Source of the DNA: Eledone cirrhosa
Lineage: Eukaryota
Reading direction: 5' to 3'
Length of the DNA stretch: 64,000 bases
Assembly (NCBI GenBank): GCA_964016885.1
Contig: OZ024743.1
Span: 324,446,001 to 324,510,000 of the forward strand
A model generated the notes under the pieces. That model was not told the DNA's origin. It saw nothing but the letters and a program-made list of their open reading frames with translations, and made no database searches. Positions 49,717-63,687 of the stretch are shown here, piece by piece. The stretch's first letter is position 1. Every line of letters begins with the position of its first letter. The position numbers and the translations under genes were made by a program.

Positions 49717-50322
49717 TTAAACATGTAGGGAAGAATGACCAGGAGAACAGAAATGACAGGCGACAGGAGTATCCAAACCGAGTCTGATGTCCCTCAAATG
49801 TTCAGCAAAAAGGTCCGCCATACGGCGTCCCGTTTGTCCGATATATAAAGACCCGCAAAGGGAACACCGCAGGGCATAGACAACGTGGGTGGATATGCAG
49901 GTGAAGGAATGGCGGATACGGAAAGACCCGTCAGGGGCTGTAAGAGTGGTGAGGGTGGAAATAAAGGGACAAGTGTTGCAGTGGGAACAAGGATGAGAGA
50001 CGGGTGGAGTCGTGGGAGAGGACGAAAAGGAACTGCGAACCAGGAGGTCGTGGAGGTTGCGGGCGCGCTTAAAAGCAGTAATGGGTGGGTTTGGAAAAAA
50101 GCGAGAAGTGACGGGGTCAGAAGAGAGGATACGGAAGGAACGGAGGATATGTCGCCGGAGTGATAGGGTGATGGAGTGGTAGGTGAGAGGGGAAGGAACA
50201 CGGGTGTTGGGAGGGCGGTGGTGAGGTGAGAAGGCTGTGGTGCGGTCTGTTTCACGGGCGCGGGTGAGAGCAGCTTGGATCAGGGTGGGGGGATATCCAC
50301 GCTGGATAAAGCAGGAAGCCAT
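49717..50322 (-). pseudogene. PLE GIY-YIG endonuclease fragment (201 aa)
   Basis: ORF track translation with GIY-YIG and Cys-linker motifs; ends at a premature stop. Confidence 0.85.
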
Positions 50323-50857
50323 GCGAAGGGAATGGGTTTCGAAATCGTCGTCCTGGCTACAGAGTCGACGAAGACGGAGGAATTGGGAGTAGGGTATGGA
50401 GTGTTTGGTGTGGGTTGGATGGGAGGAGGTGAAGTCGAGATAAGATTGGAAGTCTGTTGGTTTAATGTAGATGGAAGTAGAGAGGGTGTGGTGAAAGTGA
50501 TTAATAGATAGAGAGATATCTAGAAAAGCGACAGAAGAATCGGAGACGGAGGCGGTGAAATTGATATATATATATATATATATATGAAAAGATTCAGGAC
50601 CCCGACGGCTGGGCTCCGGCCGTTTGTTTTATATATATATATACATTCATGCACAGAAAACCTAATCCGGAGGCACACAAACATACAAACCTAAGTCAAT
50701 GTCCTCCTACACGCACAATTACACAGAAACAGTGTACGTACCTATATAATTTATACACCCCTACAAGCACACACAAGCACATATTCTATATTCATACACA
50801 CGTTATATAGTATAAATATATATATAAAATTAAAATAAGAATAATCAATTAAAATAA

Positions 50858-51047
50858 TAATTGTTTCTACTTTAGGCACAAGGCCAGCAATTATCCCAGT
50901 GTATTACTGGTACTTTATTTTATCGACCCCGTAAGGATGAAAGGCAAAGTTAACCTCGGCGGGATTTGAACTCAGTCCGTAAAGGGACGTAACTGTGCTG
51001 CAAAGCATGACGTCCGACCCTCTACCGATACTGCCAATCCACCGCCC
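50858..51047 (-). mobile_element. SINE family A copy
   Basis: Reverse complement of family A. Confidence 0.85.
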
Positions 51048-51610
51048 TCAATTGCAGTAATAATGGTTACTGATTTAGGCACACGGCCGACAATTTTGGT
51101 TCGACCTATGTCTTGTGAGGGAAGTTGGATAGACAGAAACTGTTTGGAAAACTGTCGGATGGACTGTATTTCACAGGATTAGCTTTGTCACACACTATGT
51201 CACGCCGAATCTCCCTGAGAATTACGTTGGGAGTGTACGTGTTTGTGAAACGCTCAGCCACTCACACGCGAATTGCATAAACTGGCTGTTCCGTTGATAG
51301 GACAATAGGAACGTTTATCTTCGAAATCAACGGATATCTATTCTGGTATATTGAATGTAAATGTGGTTATTAAGATAAAAAACATGGCGATTGCTACGAA
51401 GATGGAGATGGTTCTGAATAATAAATAAGATTGATTTACTGGATTTGATGATATGAACGAATAAAGTGTTTTGTACTCTCTGACCTGTAATTTAAACAGT
51501 ACAACAGAGATGGTTAAGAAAGATAGAGTGAGGAGGAGATGGGGGAAATAGGTGAGAGTATAGAGGATAGATTGATAGATTGATTGATAGATTGATAGAT
51601 TGGTAGATAT

Positions 51611-51661
<51 letters not shown>

Positions 51662-51681
51662 CACACATACACACACAAACA

Positions 51682-51731
<50 letters not shown>

Positions 51732-51824
51732 TATTATGTAAATAGAGTGAAAGAGAAACGGGGTGTAAGCATATTTATATAAAGATAGAGAAAGAGAGAG
51801 ACAGAGATAAAACGAGAAAAGGAA

Positions 51825-51932
<108 letters not shown>

Positions 51933-52015
51933 GGTAAACAGAAATAACAACACAATCGGTACAGTATATGGAAGGAATATATTAAGCTAACGCTTGAAAT
52001 AGCAGGAAGAAGGTG

Positions 52016-52049
52016 TCGACGTTTCGGACGCTAGTCCTTCATCAGAAGA
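52016..52049 (-). ncRNA. Minimal PLE-type hammerhead (solo pLTR)
   Basis: CTGATGAA-GGAC(tagc)GTCC-GAAA-CGTC-ga. Confidence 0.7.
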
Positions 52050-52806
52050 AAGAATGAGAAATAAAATAGATTGAGGGGACGGGCGGGGTGGAATCGGAAA
52101 AAAATGTTTTTAGAATAACAGGTCCAGTGTGTGTGTGCGTGCGTGTGTGTGTATACATATATATGTGTGTGCGTCTCATTCTTTCTCTCTGTGTTTGTGT
52201 GTATGCGCGCGCGTGTGTGTGTAAAACTAGATTCTCTCTGAATGTAGCGAAACTCCCTTTATAGGGTTCAACCAAGAATACGAACAAGGAAGACATCTCT
52301 TATATTTGTGATTGATCTAAACTGTTTTCAGATAAGGCTGTGAAAGCCTACCCAATTCCTTTTCATTTTCTGAAATTGTCACACGATAGTTTCGAACTCT
52401 GGGTGTAATGATTGCGAGGGCAACATTTTAACCATTCAACCATTCAACCATTCAACCATGCTGCGTCTATTAAAATATTACTATATCCACATTGGCAATG
52501 GTAAATATCGGTTGCTAATAATTCTATTAAGAATAGACAACTCTTTTGTTTTAAGCAGCAAGCATCGATGGCTTCGTAAGACAAGTAATATGAAAAATTT
52601 ATATTTTGGGAGGCAGGTGTCCTCGTATCTTTATGAGTGTGTGTATGCATGTCCGTGTGTGTGTGTGTGTGTGTGCGTGTGTGTGTGCGTGTGTGTGTGT
52701 GTGTGTGTGCGTGTGCGTGTGTGTGTGTGTGTATGCGGGTGTATATATTTGTATGTGTGAATGTATGTACATATGTATACATACATACGTGCGCATACGC
52801 ACATAC

Positions 52807-52871
<65 letters not shown>

Positions 52872-53149
52872 GTGTAGATGTGTAGATGTGTGTGTGTGTG
52901 TGTGTATATGTTTGTGCGAATGTGACGTTGTAACGTCTGTGACGGATTAAGATATAAAATTGATTAATGAGCGATATGGAAATTTACAAAAGCTGCTATC
53001 TGCTATATGATGTGTCACGTGTCAAACTGAGATAGATTGCTTTCATGCTGTGTTTCAAATGAAGGACTCAATTCCCAGAAGATTCTGGTGAATATATCTT
53101 CTATATCAACTAAATTAATACTAACACTATATCAAATATATCAACTATA

Positions 53150-56100
53150 TTAATACATTCACTATATCTCCTATAATAATACACTCACGGTATCTCTTAT
53201 ATTACTACATTTACTGTATCTCCTATACCCCCTATATTACTACATTTACTGTATCTCCTATACCTCCTATATTACTACATTTACTGTATCTCCTATACCT
53301 CCTATATTACTACATTTACTGTATCTCCTATACCTCCTATAGTACTACATTCACTGTATCTCCTATATCTCTTATATTACTACATTTACTGTATCTCCTA
53401 TACCTCCTATATTACTACATTTACTGTATCTCCTATACCTCCTATATTACTACATTTACTGTATCTCCTATACCTCCTATATTACTACATTCACTGTATC
53501 TCCTATACCTCCTATATTACTACATTCACTGTATCCCCTATACCTCCTATATTACTACATTTACTGTATCTCCTATACCTCCTATATTACTACATTTACT
53601 GTATCTCCTATACTTCCTATATTACTACATTCACTGTATCCCCTATACCTCCTATATTACTACATTTACTGTATCCCCTATACCTCCTATATTACTACAT
53701 TCACTGTATCCCCTATACCTCCTATATTACTACATTTACTGTATCTCCTATACCTCCTATATTACTACATTCACTGTATCCCCTATACCTCCTATATTAC
53801 TACATTCACTGTATCTCCTATACCTCCTATATTACTACATTCACTGTATCCCCTATACCTCCTATATTACTACATTTACTGTATCTCCTATACCTCCTAT
53901 ATTACTACATTTACTGTATCTCCTATACCTCCTATATTACTACATTTACTGTATCTCCTATACCTCCCATATTACTACATTCACTGTATCCCCTATACCT
54001 CCTATATTACTACATTTACTGTATCCCCTATACCTCCTATATTACTACATTCACTGTATCACTTATACCTCCTATATTACTACATTCACTGTATCTCCTA
54101 TATCTCCTATATTACTACATTCACTGTATCTCCTATACCTACTATATTACTACATTTATTGTATCTCCTATACCTCCTATATTACTACATTCACTGTATC
54201 CGCTATACCTCCTATATTACTACATTTACTGTATTCCCTATACCTCCTATATTACTACATTCACTGTATCCCCTATACCTCCTATATTACTACATTCACT
54301 GTATCTCCTATACCTCCTATATTACTACATTCACTGTATCTCCTATACCTCCTATATTACTACATTCACTGTATCTCCTATACCTCCTATATTACTACAT
54401 TCACTGTATCCCCTATACCTCCTATATTACTACATTCACTGTATCTTCCATACCTACTATATTACTACATTCACTGTATCTCCTATATCTCCTATATTAC
54501 TATATTCACTGTATCTCCTATATCTCCTATATTACTACATTCATTGTATCTCCTATACCTCCTATATTACTACATTCACTGTATCTCCTATATCTCCTAT
54601 ATTACTACATTCACTGTATCTCCTATATCTCCTATATTACTACATTCACTGTATCTCCTATACCTCTTATATTACTACATTCACAGTATCTCCTATACCT
54701 CCTATATTACTACATTCACTGTATCTCCTATACCTCCTATATTACTACATTCACTGTATCTCCTATACCTCCGATATTATTACATTTACTGTATCTCCTA
54801 TATCTCCTATATTACTACATTCACTATATCTCCTATACCTCCTATATTACTACATTCACTGTATCTCCTATACCTACTATATTACTACATTCACTGTATC
54901 TCCTATACCTCCTATATTACTACATTCACTATATCTCCTATACCTCCTATATTACTACATTCACTGTATCTCCTATACCTCCTATATTGCTACATTCACT
55001 GTATCTCCTATACCTCCTATATTACTACATTCACTATATCTCCTATACCTCCTATATTACTACATTCACTGTATCTCCTATACCTCCTATATTACTACAT
55101 TCACTGTATCTCCTATACCTCCTATATTACTACATTCACTGTATCTCCTATATCTCCTATATTACTACATTCACTGTATCTCCTATATCTCCTATATTAC
55201 TACATTTACTGTATCTGCTATATCTCCTATATTACTACATTCACTGTATCTCCTATATTACTACATTCACTGTATCCCCTATACCTCCTATATTACTACA
55301 TTCACTGTATCTCCTATACCTACTATATTACTACATTTATTGTATCTCCTATATCTCCTATATTACTACATTCACTGTATCTCCTATATCTCCTATATTA
55401 CTACATTCACTGTATCTCCTATACCTCCTATATTACTACATTCACTGTATCTCCTATACCTCCTATATTACTACATTCACTGTATCTCCTATATCTCCTC
55501 TATTACTACATTCACTGTATCCCCTATACCAACTATATTACTACATTCACTGTATTCCTTATATCTTCTATGATAATAGTTTCCGTTTTAGGTAAAAGGC
55601 CAGCAATTTTTCTTTTTTGGGGGGGGGGGGGGATAAATCGATCCCAGGGCGTGACTGGTACTTTATTTTGTAGACCCCGCATGGATGAAAGGCAAAGCTA
55701 ACCTCGGTGGGATTTGAACTCAGAACGTAAAGGAGCGTAACTCTATGCTGCAAAGCATGGTGTCTGACGCTCTATCGATACTGTCAATCCACCGCCTCCT
55801 ATAATAATGCATTCAACATATCTTCTATATCTCCTATAATAATACATTCAATATAACCCCTATACTTATATTAATACATTTACTGTATCTCCTGTACATC
55901 CTATAATAATATATTCACTGTATCTAATATACCTCCTATATTACTACATTCACTGTATCTCTTATACCTCCTATATTACTACATTCACTGTATCTCTTAT
56001 ACCTCCTATATTACTACATTCACTGTATCTCTTATACCTCCTATATTACTATATTCACTGTATCTCCTATACCTCCTATATTACTACATTCACTGTATCT

Positions 56101-56275
56101 CTTATACCTCCTATATTACTACATTCACTGTATCTCTTATACCTCCTATATTACTATATTCACTGTATCTCCTATACCTCCTATATTACTACATTCACTG
56201 TATCTCTTATACCTCCTATATTACTACATTCACTGTATCTCTTATACCTCCTATATTACTACATTCACTGTATCC
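53150..56275. repeat. 35-bp minisatellite (ATTACTACATTCACTGTATCTCCTATACCTCCTAT)n interrupted by a SINE
   Basis: Roughly 68 units in 53200-55560 and about 10 more in 55920-56275; G-poor plus strand. Confidence 0.95.
55575..55797 (-). mobile_element. SINE family A copy inside the minisatellite
   Basis: Reverse complement of family A. Confidence 0.85.
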
Positions 56276-56382
56276 TATAACGATTATTTCCTGCTCTTCT
56301 CTGGGTGAAATATATTAGTTGATAAGTAAAAATCAATTTGGTCGTTGGCCTATGAAGACTTTGGCTACTTGATTGTTTGGAC

Positions 56383-56535
56383 ATTGGCAGAGTCGTTAGG
56401 GTGTCGGATTAAAACATACCCCCGTATTCCTTCCGGGTGACTGCGCTCTGAGTTCAAATCTCGCCGATGTCAACTTTGCGTTTCACCCTTTCGGTATCGA
56501 TAAATAAACCACCAGTCCAGTTTTGGGATCGATCC
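56383..56535 (+). mobile_element. SINE family A-related copy (diverged)
   Basis: TGGCAGAGTCGTT, GAGTTCAAATC, TTTCACCCTTTCGGTATCGATAAATAAACCACCAG. Confidence 0.7.
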
Positions 56536-56812
56536 CCCCCCCCCCCCTCTCTCTCTCAAGAAGAAGACGAAGAAATCAAGAAATCGGCTGTGTTTCGACT
56601 TGGAAAAGTATGGGTTCTGCTGGATTAAAAATGTTCAAGACATGCCCCGTGTCAGGACGGTTGCCCCTACGACTGCATCAGGAATTATGTGTTCTTAACC
56701 TTTTTCTTACTTTAAATGGATAGTAGCTAGAGGCAGGTGTTGTCTGCAGCTTCTTTTGAGGTGTCATCTGAGAAGGAGTTGCGAAGATCGCGACGGGTTT
56801 CCACTGTCTAGA

Positions 56813-57307
56813 TGTGTATCTCTTGCGTGAATTTTGTACCTTTACTACAATCGGAACTGTGTATCTCTTGCGTGAATTTTGTACCTTTACTACAATCGGA
56901 ACTGTGTATCTCTTGCGTGAATTTTGTACCTTTACTGCAATCGGAACTGTGTATCTCTTGCGTGAATTTTGTACCTTTACTGCAATCGGAACTGTGTATC
57001 TCTTGCGTGAATTTTGTACCTTTACTGCAATCGGAACTGTGTATCTCTTGCGTGAATTTTGTACCTTTACTACAATCGGAACTGTGTATCTCTTGCGTGA
57101 ATTTTGTACCTTTACTGCAATCGGAACTGTGTATCTCTTGCGTGAATTTTGTACCTTTACTACAATCGGAACTGTGTATCTCTTGCGTGAATTTTGTACC
57201 TTTACTACAATCGGAACTGTGTATCTCTTGCGTGAATTTTGAACCTTTACTGCAATCGGAACTGTGTATCTCTTGCGTGAATTTTGTACCTTTACTGCGA
57301 TCAGAAC
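56813..57307. repeat. 45-bp minisatellite, ~11 units
   Basis: (TGTGTATCTCTTGCGTGAATTTTGTACCTTTACTRCAATCGGAAC)n. Confidence 0.95.
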
Positions 57308-58069
57308 GGAATTGGCCACACGAAAAAATGAACTTCGTGAGTTGGACTGGTTTTTTCATCTTCCATCTTCCTGTTCAGAACAAACTGTTCCTAAGATTAT
57401 ACGACAATGATCGTGGTTTCCAGTTTTACTTTTTTAATAGCAGCTTTATTTTTTTCTTTTAAAAAACAACAAAACAAACCCCAATTTTATTCCATGTTAT
57501 AAAATGAAATTGCAGAAAATAAATCAATTCCCAGTTGTATAAATAACATTGAAACTATTGATGTAAATATGAAAGAAAAAGGAAAAAAAGGGGATAAAAA
57601 CAAAACCAAGCAACGAACAGAAGGGCAGGTCTGAATGTATAGGAAAGTAGGAGAAAGGGTTATAAATACCATAAATAAGAGGAAAAGGAGGGAAAAAGCA
57701 AGGACTACGAGGCCACGGAAGAAAGAGACGGGGAGAGGAAATGGTGATAGTCTCTATGTCTAGATTGGGGCTAGGTGTTTGGTCTACACCCCGCTAAAAA
57801 TATGTATACATTTCTATATTCGAACAGAAAATAAAGAAAAAAAGGAAAAAAAAGGAGGGTGGGATAGAAAGAAAAACATTAAAAGAGGGACTGGAAAAGG
57901 GAGAGGCAAACTCTACACCTTTGGCGTGGCAGACAAGATGGCTAAAACATTGTGGTGGGTGGAGAACAGCCAGTGACATCCATTGCTGATGCAATGGATG
58001 TCATTCCACCTAAAATGTGATGCAAAATCAATATAATCTCTATATATATATCTATCTATTTATGCCGAC

Positions 58070-58570
58070 TGCCAGGTCACCCATCTCTCATTACATGTAC
58101 TTTCCAACGCTCTCTATCCATCATCAGCATTCTGAGCGCTCCTAAACTATCCACTCTGGTGTTTTCCAATGAGATTATCAATGTCATTTCTTTTCCTTCT
58201 ACCCATGTTTGTGTATCCAGCTGATGGTTCCCACCGAACAAGATCACTTGGTGATGAACGCACTGACCTGTAAGTGTCATTCTTCTTTTCTATCTATTTG
58301 CTTTGTTATCCGCCATGATTGCTTATTATCCTCCATACAAGTTTTCTGCTCATCTATGATGTCCATATCCTCTTCAACTTGTGGTACGCTAACCATGCAA
58401 GCGCCATTCTCACCTGAAAATCTTTCTCCTCTTCTTTCTGTCCAAGCACCAAGATATTTGAAGTTGTCCACTTCTTTGATGTAATCTCCTGTCTTAGATG
58501 TTATGCCTAGGGGGATATAGATGTAAATCTGTAATTTTGTTTTCTTTGTATTTAAGTGCAATCTTATAAT
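58070..58570 (-). pseudogene. Decayed RTE-like LINE fragment
   Basis: LNTKKTK..IKEVDNFKYLGAW and MMDRERWK motifs. Confidence 0.6.
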
Positions 58571-58690
58571 CAATATAAATCTGATGCATTCATGTAGGAA
58601 TTCCTTTCTTTTTTCTCAGAAAATATTATTTTATTCTCTTATTGTTTAAAGGATTTCAGTCATTAAACTGAGTTAATGCTGGAGCAATAG

Positions 58691-58977
58691 TGGAGGCGCA
58701 TGGCTAGTGGTAAATGTGTTGGACATACGATCATAACGTCGTAGGTTCGATTCCTGGGCTGAGTTGTGTGTTGCGCTCTTGAACAAAACACTTCATTTCA
58801 CATTACTCCAGTATACTCAGCAGAAAATGAGTACCAGCAATAGTTGGGGGCTTAATCCTGCGATGGACTGGGGTCAAGTCTAGGTGGGGGAGGGATTCTT
58901 GTATTCTCAGTCGCTTAACGCCATGGAAACCGGGGTAAGCACATGCCTGATGAGCCTCCGAGCTCGAGACAGACTTT
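58691..58977 (+). mobile_element. SINE family B copy
   Basis: tRNA head (TGGCTAGTGGTAA, GGTTCGATTCC), CCTGCGATGGACTGG block; matches 22330-22617 inverted. Confidence 0.75.
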
Positions 58978-59672
58978 AGATTTTTTAGATGCTTCAGCAT
59001 CTAAAAGGTCTAAAGTCGGTCTTGAGCCCAGATTTAGGCCACCACATTGTTCCTAGTACTTATTTCAAGTGTTTCCATCTGTTCAATTTCATCCAAAATC
59101 AATGGTCCGATCTGAAGCTTTGGTAATTGACACTTGCTCTAGATACCACCACTTAACCAAACGCCATGTTTGAAGAGAGATGCTGAATAACAAGGGCTGG
59201 ACTTGCAGTCGGATATTTGAGATTTATTTATTTACTTATAATATAATCAGTATATGTATTTGGATAGAAATATGTGTTTGTGAGTGTATCTGTATACGCG
59301 TGTGTATGTGTGTGCACGTGTGTACGTGTGTGTGTGTATATGTATGTATGTATATATGTGCGCGCTCACGTGTTTGTGTGTGCGTGTTTGTGTGTGTGTG
59401 TGTGTGTGTGTGAGAGTGTATGTGTTTATGTGTATTTACGTGTAAGTAAGTGTTTGTAAGTGTGTGTGTACGTGTGTGTTTGTGCGTGTGTTTGTAAGCA
59501 TGTGAATGCGCGTGCGTGTTTGTAAGTGTGTGTGTACATGTGTGTGTATGTGTTTTTGTATATGTGCACGTATGTGTGTGTATATATGTGTGTGCATGTG
59601 CCTATGTGTGCGTACGTCAGTGTAAAGTGGTGTTGTCAGTAGAAAAAACACACAAGTATTTAGGAGCTGATA

Positions 59673-59803
59673 AATTGTGAGACAGTGATTGTGAGACAGT
59701 GATTGTGAGACACTGATTGTGAGACAGTGATTGTGAGACAGTGATTGTGAGACAGTGATTGTGAGACAGTGATTGTGAGACACTGATTGTGAGACAGTGA
59801 TTG
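59673..59803. repeat. 14-bp minisatellite (GATTGTGAGACAGT)n, ~9 units
   Basis: Direct reading. Confidence 0.95.
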
Positions 59804-60226
59804 TTAAAAAAGCGATATAGACAGTGAACACTCCTCTTTCTACTCCTCATACATCTTCTACTTCTCTTTCTCCTCCCTCTCAACCCCTCCACACACCGAC
59901 CCTGCATCAAACCCACTCCACCGCCATATTAACTGCCAATACCTCCCCCAGAACATCCCTTCTTCATTACCTACCACTTATCTCCGCCACTACCTCTCCC
60001 ATCTCTTCTACCCCATCACCTCTTCCTCCTCCTTCATCTCACCCCTTCTTTACTACCCTCTCCTCCTCTCCTTCCTCCTCCTCTCTTTACAATAACAAAT
60101 TAATAAAAGGTTAATTAACAATTAACTAAAGGTTACTACTAGCTACACAAAACATACACTAGATAACTGGCTAGTTTGTTGTCCCCCCCTTTCCTCTCTC
60201 TCTCTCTCTCTCTCCCTCTCTCCCTC

Positions 60227-60257
<31 letters not shown>

Positions 60258-60481
60258 TTCTTCACACACACACTCACACACACATATATATATATATGTA
60301 TGTATGTGCCATGTAGTGTGCATGTGAGCTAAACATTTTTGCTGCACGGGTTTGTGTATGTGTTTTTATATGAGCATTCTTAGTAGAGTGTGTGTGAACC
60401 TATAATCTATTAATGTGTGTAGTTTGTTGGTTATGTACACACACATCTCTCTCCCCCCTCTCTCTCTCTATCTCGCTCTCG

Positions 60482-60564
<83 letters not shown>

Positions 60565-61710
60565 TACAGCTTCGTAAAACTCGGCTGACTGCTCACGGTG
60601 CTAATTCTTGACAGCAGTTTTCACTTTCTCATCATTTCCATAATGGTGGCCTCTCAATGCTTCTTTCACAGGACCAAAGAGGTGGTAGTCTGATGGTGCC
60701 AAATCAGGTGAGTATGGAGGGTTCACCCGAATGAGATGCTTTCCTCGTTTATCCTGATGCTCGTGTGAAGTCTGGCATTGTCATGTTGAAGAAGAACTAT
60801 ATTCATATCCAAGTCTTGTCTTACTCATCAAATTCTTGCTTTTAGTCTTTTTACTGTCCTAATATATGCTTCAGAGTTAATTGTTTCTTGGCAAGGAATC
60901 AGTAAGAATCACTCCTTGAGTATCCCAAAAGACTGCCGCCATGTTTTTTTTCCAGCTGACTTTAGTGCCTCGAACGTTTGTGTTGGAGACGTCGGGTAAC
61001 GCCATTACATCGATTGCCTTTTTGACTCAGGTTCATAATATTGAGTCCAAGTTTCATTACCTGTAATAAGTCCTATAAAGAACGTGTTATCTCTTTGTTG
61101 AATTCAAAGAGCTCAGTGCAGCAGTCAACCCTTTCAGTATTGTGCTCAACTGTGAGTTGACTTGGTACCCAATGGGCACAGACTTTTGAAAACCCAAGTG
61201 AGTCAACAATGCCGTGAGCACTCCCATGACTTACTCCAAGCTCTAATGCCAACTTATCAAGGGTTATGTTCCTATCAGCTCTGATTAAAGCGTCTGTTTT
61301 CGATTTGTTAGCAGGGTTAACAGAAGTTGGCCGGCGGCCAGCACGAGACTTGTCTGCTAAGCTTGCAATTCCCACCTCTTCATCTTCATTCAGACAATGT
61401 GCCCATCTCCGCACATTGCTGTAGTCAAAGACGTCGCCGTTATTAACGTTTTTTAATCTCTTGTGAATGTTAACAGTGGTTTCTTCTAAAGCAACAAGGA
61501 ATTCAATTACTGCTCTTTGCTTCTGACAGACTTCCAAGGAGGCGGCCATCTTGAAATCAACTCAGCCACTCATCCAAATCTGAAAAACAAAATGAGATAT
61601 TTTAGTCTCAAGAAGATATGTGCCTTTACCTTTGTGCCAAATTTCAACTCATTCAATAAAAAAATGAGCCTGCTATGATAAAAAAGGCATTACTCTCTGG
61701 CTGGCCCTCT
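60565..61710 (-). mobile_element. Decayed mariner transposon
   Basis: ORF 61073-61549 (QRAVIEFL, VRRW, AGRRP, KVCAHWVPSQLT), then ITGNETW, QHDNARLH, PPYSPDLAPSDYHLFG in other frames. Confidence 0.85.
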
Positions 61711-61954
61711 TTGACTGAATACACACGTGCTTTTTCTAAAAAGGAAATGTCTACGTTTCTTCCTTTTCTCACCCTCTATCTCTTAATTTCATCTTTTATT
61801 TCTCATTCTACCTTCTAATGAATAACTAGTGTCCGAAACGTAAAGACTCTTTTCCTACTATATCAAGTGTTAAACTAATATATTTTTTCATTGTACTGCA
61901 TTGTTTGCTTTGTTGTTTCCGTTTACTTTTTGCATACACACACACACAAGCACA

Positions 61955-62038
<84 letters not shown>

Positions 62039-62085
62039 CACACACACACACTCTCACACACACACATATATATATATATATAATA

Positions 62086-62455
62086 CTAGCTGAATTATCC
62101 AGCATTGCCCGGGTTACTGCTGTTCTTATTCAGATTAGTAAACAATAAATATGAAGATATGTTTTTTTTCTCTCATAATTATTTCAAAATATCTATATTT
62201 TATTTTTTTTTAAATATCAAAATTTGAATGATAATAGAATTTAGAAATGAAAATCCGTCAATCTTGATGCACCTTAGGGTAAACAATATCTATTGTGTAA
62301 TTCATGCATGTGTAGATGTGTGTGTGTATTTAATAACGTACCTAATGAACGCGCAAACACACACACACTCACAGACACATACATATTCATATACAAAATG
62401 TGGCATTCTATTGTTTTAATCCAAATGAAAATAAAAATTATCACACATACATTCA

Positions 62456-62500
<45 letters not shown>

Positions 62501-62891
62501 TACACCCACACACACTCTCACATTCGCTCACATACATACACTAAGACAGACACATACACAATTTGACGACTACACTCTCTCATACACTCACACACATTAT
62601 GTGTATGTATGTGTAGATGTGTGTGTGTTTAATTCTCTGAGGCCTAACCTACATAACGAACGCACAAATACACACACACTCACAGACACATACACACTCA
62701 TATACAAAATATGACGTCGTCGTCGTCGTTGTGGTTTACTATAGTTGACTATAAAATATTACTTTAGATAAAATCTTATATTGTTTTAATCCAAATGAAA
62801 ATAAAAATTACATGTTGACTCTCCCGGGTCTAATACTATTATCTTGTAACATTTGATTTGATTTGGTTCAGCCGTTAGCAAATGCATAGGA

Positions 62892-62924
<33 letters not shown>

Positions 62925-62955
62925 GAGACAGGTAAAGAATTTTATATATAGAGAG
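62086..62955 (-). mobile_element. Non-autonomous Helitron with (GACA)n tract
   Basis: Minus strand 5' TC(TC)TATATATAAAA, (CTGT)n, 3' hairpin CCCGGGCAATGCTGGA then CTAG|T. Confidence 0.75.
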
Positions 62956-63329
62956 ATATGTATGTATTAAATTCTTGACAGGAAAGAATATTTAATTGTT
63001 AACATAAATACTTAAAAACTTTCTCTAGATATAGTCCAAACTAACCTATGGTTTGATCTCATACATCCATTTTCTTATGAATTGCATCTCTTTTGACTTG
63101 GTGATTTCAAAGAGGACTGGCGCCGAATCTAGTATTTGAATCTCTGTTATCACGAAAAATACTTTTTATCTCTAATGTCCACCTTTGTTCTATTTTACAT
63201 ATCTCTATACCCACTCTGCATCTCCCTATGTATCGAGTACTCACATGATTAGTCGTCTCCTCGGTCTCGGCAACAGTCTCTCTATCTCTCTCTCTCTCTC
63301 CCTCTCTCTCTCTCTCGCTCTCTCTTTAA

Positions 63330-63439
<110 letters not shown>

Positions 63440-63606
63440 AATTTATATCTAGTAACATTTATATACATACAGATGCATATCAATGCTAGCAAATATATAG
63501 GTTTTGTCTTATTAACATTGTGGTTCAATGCATGTGGTTGCAGAACAATAATATGAAAGACGTAAAATAAGAAAATTATAAAATTAACTTACTTACTAAA
63601 AAATCA

Positions 63607-63687
63607 CTTCCAACTAATTAGTTTCTGGAATGGAGTAAATATATTTTCCGAAGAAACATATGGAAAATCATTCCGTCATCAGGAAAG
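63607..63687 (-). ncRNA. Type-I hammerhead ribozyme motif
   Basis: ctttc-CTGATGA-cggaatg..cattcca-GAAA-CTAATTAG-TT-ggaag; stem III palindrome ACTAATTAGT. Confidence 0.65.

Larger units (their letters stand above)
49031..50562 (-). mobile_element. 5'-truncated Penelope-like element (Neptune-like) with pLTR hammerhead
   Basis: FLDISL and SIPYSQFLRLRRLCS RT-thumb motifs, RGYP, CSHCNTCPFI linker, VVYALRC..LYIGQTGR GIY-YIG; pLTR 49031-49230 recurs at ~51927-52115 and, decayed and inverted, at ~61790-61935. Confidence 0.88.

Noticed and set aside
54159-55701. 478-aa and 385-aa ORFs
   Set aside because: By-products of a stop-poor 35-bp minisatellite cycling through frames.
53150-57307. CRISPR-like periodicity of the 35-bp and 45-bp repeats
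   Set aside because: Head-to-tail units without unique spacers, no cas genes, eukaryotic context.
58946-58970. CTGATGAGCC..GAGAC hammerhead-like string
   Set aside because: No GAAA or stem III; better explained as the LINE-derived 3' stem-loop of the SINE.
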